Assembly (NCBI GenBank): GCA_002269645.1
Contig: NIVC01002162.1
Coordinates: 124,001-188,000, forward strand
Length of the DNA: 64,000 bases
Source: Macrostomum lignano
Lineage: Eukaryota
Direction of reading: 5' to 3'
In this document: piece after piece, positions 59,700-64,000 of the stretch
Numbering within the stretch: position 1 is the first letter of the stretch
Layout: every line of letters begins with the position of its first letter
The notes under the pieces: model-generated
The model's input: the letters and a program-made list of their open reading frames with translations, nothing else
The model's database searches: none
What the model was told of the DNA's origin: nothing
Translations under genes and position numbers: made by a program

Positions 59700-62600
59700 T
59701 TAGCTGTTGAAAGTGTCTTTCAGACTGGCAGTTTGCATTGGAATGCAGTCTTGCAGATTTTGTTTGAAGTCGTCAAGACTGCGCACTTCAATGCCCTGCA
59801 AAGGATATATACGAGTATGTACACGAGTACAATTAGGGCAATGGTTGAAATATTGATCAGCACTTACTGCTAGTTTATCCTGTTAAAGCTTTACGCTATT
59901 TTTACTTAGATGACGATACACTCAGATTTTTTAATTTGCCTGAGAGCCTAAAGGTACTGTATACCTGTATTTATTCATAACTACACGCCGAAGGCAACAT
60001 TTCCAGTTTAAAAAAACAGAAAAGCACATGTACACTCGTACAATGCTGCCGGCTCACCTGATAGGTAGCATAATAATCGTCCTGAGCATTAAAGGTGAAC
60101 TGCTGCCTATTGATTTTGTGAACACTCAGCACACGCCTGTCTTGCGAACCCTGTTTCAGCCATTTCTAAAATATATAGTTTACAGTGATTACATGTAATA
60201 CAGGTATGTACTGTGAGGGCTCATTGGCACGATGGGTTACAATGTAAGTGGGAAGTTTTTGATTGGACAAATCAAATAATCAAATCATCATTTATTTGTA
60301 CAAGCACTAGCTGATGAACAACTTTGACAGAAATTGTACATTGGGGCAGTAGTGGAAGGGCTGGGTAAATGTACATTGGGGCAGAAAGGAAAGGAGTCGA
60401 AGGACTGAGCAACAATATGTGCATTGGGGTAAGGAGTGGAAAGTCTTGGAATTAAGCACATGTACATCGGGGCAGGAGTGGAAGGGCTGGGTAAATGTAC
60501 ATTGGGGCAGAAAGGAAAGGAGTCGAAGGACTGAGCAACAATATGTGCATTGGGGTAAGGAGTGGAAAGTCTTGGAATTAAGCACATGTATATTGGGGCA
60601 GGAGTGGTAAGGGGCTGGGCACATCTACATTTGGGTAGAAGTGGAAGGACTGGGACATGTACAATAGCCACACAGTACGAGCTATAACGACGTTATAGTA
60701 TGTATATTGCTGGGAAAATTTGTGCCAATGCGTCAAAGTCTTGAAACTTTAAACGTTCACTTCGGATTATCGAACGCTTACTAGTGGGTAAACAACTAGA
60801 CAGCTCACCTTCCAATAATTGTAAAGATCCTTTTTGCTAATTCTATCCAGAATAGTTTTGACATTGGTGTCCAAACTATGGGTATCCCAGCTGAAATCGT
60901 AGTCGCCGCAGGTGATGTGTCGCCAGTACAGCTCATGCTGCCTGTTTAAATTTGGCGCAGTAAACAGACGTGTCGCAAGCTGTTGCACTCGACTCTTCAT
61001 ACCCGCCAGCTGCTCCTTGGTTATGGAATCCACTGTTTTACCGACGCATGCGATTACCAACTCGATTGTTGTTTCAATCTGCGTGCAGATGTTTAGCAAC
61101 AGGTCAATATTCATGCAGTAAAACAGCTTGCTACATGTCATTCTGAATGTAAATCCGCAAGAAAATACAGTAGCAAAATATTCTGTCAGCCAAGGTCTCA
61201 AGAAACTGGGGCACAGAGTCAAAGGGCGTGTCTCTGAATCGTCCACCGGCAGTTAAAGAAACGCCGACTGAGAATGCCGTGTCCTTGCTGTGAATGCATA
61301 TATCTACTGCATCTAATACCTAGAATAATTGCATGCAGAAGGCAGGTTGTGAGCGCGCAGGCACAACGCTTTCGACGACATGGTTCCACGGCCAATGCTC
61401 CGAGGCAATTCCGAGCGCGCCAATACTGTACGCAGGCACCCATGCACTCATTATACACACGCTCACACAGAGTGCACAGCTTGACCTTCTAATCGTCAGG
61501 CATGTGCACTCTCTGCGCCTTGGAAGTTGGTCCTCATGGCTGTGAATCGCACGACAGCTCTTCTAATGAGAAGTTCAAACCAAGAGACTTACCGCAACGG
61601 GATGCGACTCGGAGACTAGCTCAATGACGATGCAGTTGGCATTGCAGCCAATCACCGTGTCCCACCTTAAATCGCGCTTTGTACAGTCGGGCAGTTTGGT
61701 ACAGAGTGTCAGAGCTTCTTTCAGTAGCCACAAGCAGCAATTATGCCAGAACCGACGGAAGAAGAAGTCGTCGTATTTTGACGCTTGCTTTTTTAACCCT
61801 CCCGATATCGCAGTCGGCATCTGAAGCAGCAGGCCGCAAACCGACTTGGTCAACGCAGCGTCGCCTTTCTTCAACCTCGTAGTCCGGCTGGTAAGTTCGA
61901 TGCTTCTGTTAGTAGCGAAGTTCAACCGGATGAAATGGTGACTGCCTCTTGGTAGGAGTCGCTCAGAACAGCGCATAAAAAATGGATCCAATCGAAACGT
62001 GTCCGCTGGACGCCGCGAAAGTGGTGGAAGAACAGCTGTAATTGAGTCAACCAGTGAGATGACTTGCTCAGCAGTGAGATTGCCCAGCGCCAGAATCTCA
62101 GCATACAGTTCTGGCCGGCTGGGCCAGTTCTCGCGTTCCAGCGGAGTGGCATGAGCGGGATTGGAAAAGTGATGCGCTATGAAACTTGACGGATTGATTT
62201 CCACTTCTCGGTCTGGCTTTTGTGCTATGAGAGGAAAACATTGTGCAATTATGGTTGAGCTACAAGTCAGTGCGACAGTTTACAATCAATGGTACCTCAC
62301 TCACCCAGCGTTTGCGTATCCAAGGACTGATAGTCTCGCTGGATGTGTAAAAATCCAGCCAGATCCAAGCGATTTGCAATCTGGGATAAGTCTGAACAGG
62401 GCTGTAATGAAAACTTCTGCGCTCTAAGATTTCCAATGCGCTCCTGTGCAAAGGTGAACGAAATGTTCAAAATTAATTTGAATGCAATGAATGTAATTTT
62501 AAATTTAAAAAATAACTTTGATGGGCTGCATCTTAAATCCTGAGCCGCTGGACCCTAAGCACATACTGTACGCAGGCACGCAGTCATAACAACCGCTCAC

Positions 62601-63599
62601 ACAATGTTTACAGCGGCCCTGACTTTCTAATTGTCAGGCACGTACAGGGGCGTCGCTACCGGGAGGACAGGGGGGGGGGGAGGACATGCCAATGCCTTGT
62701 CCCCCCCACCCCATCTTCGTTGACCTGTAATGGAAATAAAAAAATCGCTTCAGAGCGACAAAACATAGCGCCTGCGGACAAAAATGGTGCCTGCGGCGCT
62801 AAAATGAGTGCCTGCGGCGCTAAAATGGGTGCCTGCGGTGCTATAATGAGTGCCTGTGAACCAAATTGAGTGCCTGCGGCGCTAAAATGAGTGCCTGCGG
62901 TGCTAAAATGAATGCCTGCGGTGCTAAAATGGTCGCTGACGACACCGATTCTGAAAAAATGTACATATAGTAATTTAGTCGTGTACATGTACATTTACAA
63001 TTCTTGGCTTTGTCCCCCACCATAAAATCCATGGCAACGCCCCTGGGCATATACACTCTCTTTGCCTTGGGGGTTGGCCCTCATGGCACCACACCTCCCG
63101 GTCAATCTTCCGACCTTCTACGGAATCGAACCAGGGGTCGTGTTGCGCGAGATTCAGACGCATTATAACTGAACTTCTCTGCCCACAGTGTTTTAAGGCA
63201 GTCTGCCAAAGGAAGACACACCTGGTTGAAGTAGTTTAAGGGAACTCGCAGCTCTGCAATGCGACCCAATGCGGCCAACAAAAGGGCCGGTAGAGGCTCG
63301 CTGTGACCGCTGCAGCACACCTGGATGCCGTTGCAGCTTCGAGAGACGCTCAGCTCAAGGTCGGCTTCAACCGCTTGCATTTTCAGATCGGCCAGCTCTT
63401 CAGAAAATAGATTGGCCAGAATGCTGATCTGCAGAGACGAGGCCAGGGCGAGCCTCACAACGTCAACTGGAGGCAGCAGGTCAACGGATATGTAGGCAAG
63501 TTCGGTTTGGAACCGGTCATCTTGTCGGAACCAGAGATTAGTGCTGGATGAGCTGCCGTCTAGTGTACTTTGGCGTTTGATTTTTCGAGGCCCGTTAGG
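59700..63599 (-). CDS. Insulinase/nardilysin-like (peptidase M16) gene, C-terminal half; 5' part not resolved in the window
   Basis: Approximate exons 63599-63222 (LWFRQDDRF, M16 middle domain), 62423-62305, 62224-~61590, ~61260-60820 (ELYWRHITCGDYDF...ISKKDLYNYW), ~60160-60060 and ~59795-59700 (SLDDFKQNL). One junction could not be put in phase. Confidence 0.7.
60330..60650. repeat. ~122-bp tandem duplication in an intron
   Basis: GGAAGGGCTGGGTAAATGTACATTGGGGCAGAAAGGAAAGGAGTCG...GGAATTAAGCACATGTA occurs twice. Confidence 0.85.
61405..61545 (-). mobile_element. SINE core and tail fragment (copy 4)
   Basis: Minus strand GCCATGAGGACCAACTTCCAAGGCGCAGAGAGTGCACATGCCTGACGATTAGAAGGTCAAG...GTGCCTGCGTACAGTAT. 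Confidence 0.75.
62560..63175 (-). mobile_element. tRNA-derived SINE (copy 5) interrupted by a MITE
   Basis: B-box GGTTCGATTCC near 63125; core AACCCCCAAGGCAAAGAGAGTGTATATGCC resumes after the insertion as TACGTGCCTGACAATTAGAAAGTCAGGGCCGCTGTAAAC. Confidence 0.8.
62645..63045. mobile_element. hAT-type MITE, 401 bp
   Basis: Termini CAGGGGCGTCGC...GCAACGCCCCTG; degenerate 8-bp TSD GGCACGTA/GGCATATA; internal ~22-23-bp GTGCCTGCGG(C/T)GCTAAAATG repeats. Confidence 0.8.
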
Positions 63600-64000
63600 C
63601 TGTGGGTTTTAATTATCGTTTTATACCGCAGATACTACATGATGAATACGGTGAACTCATTGCTCATAGCTCATTGGCCCATAGAGTAGAAAGCAGTTGA
63701 GTAGAAAGCTTCATTGGATAAGACTCGTTTATTGGTCCAGCTCGCTTTAACCGTAGCTTAAATTTTTTCTTGAACACGTCTTTTCACAAATAGTCTTTTT
63801 ACCTCCTCTCTAGACCTCTTCAGCCTAACGCTTTCATGCAATGCATATTCTCAATGACGCTGTTTAGTGCACATTACGTCTGCATCAATTAGCAAGCTGT
63901 AGACGTCTACAAGTCACTACAACTACGGTTCTTTACATAAAATAGCTATCACATTCTCGCTTGCTACTTCCTGACTGAAATTTAAGGAACTAAGCTGGCA

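Overview
This is animal (eukaryotic) genomic DNA, not prokaryotic. The intron-poor genes and minisatellite-filled spacers resemble the flatworm Macrostomum, but that assignment is inference. From 1 to ~40.5 kb, seven unrelated housekeeping genes all lie on the minus strand: an unknown acidic protein, EEF1AKMT1/N6AMT2, a DUF167/UPF0235 protein, an SLC36-like amino acid transporter, GTF3C5, IFT52 and an OVCA2/FSH1 hydrolase. Each starts just after a splice acceptor, and almost every spacer and intron holds its own private tandem array. GTF3C5 has no ATG of its own. This pattern fits a spliced-leader trans-spliced gene cluster. A Crypton-type tyrosine recombinase gene sits inside the cluster, next to an AT-rich block whose hairpin arms show CpG- and CpA-directed C-to-T changes (RIP-like). 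After a 1.4-kb (GATA)n tract come a class A GPCR, an intact 8-exon hAT transposase element inserted in a SINE, and a 5'-truncated RNase H/CCHC LINE. The LINE is split by a young 2,420-bp non-autonomous Polinton/Maverick (AGTAGT termini, 155-bp TIRs, 6-bp TSD) that carries a tandem-PC4 ssDNA-binding gene. The window ends with the C-terminal half of an insulinase (M16)-like gene. All homology calls come from motifs recognised by eye; no database search was run, and array copy numbers are approximate.
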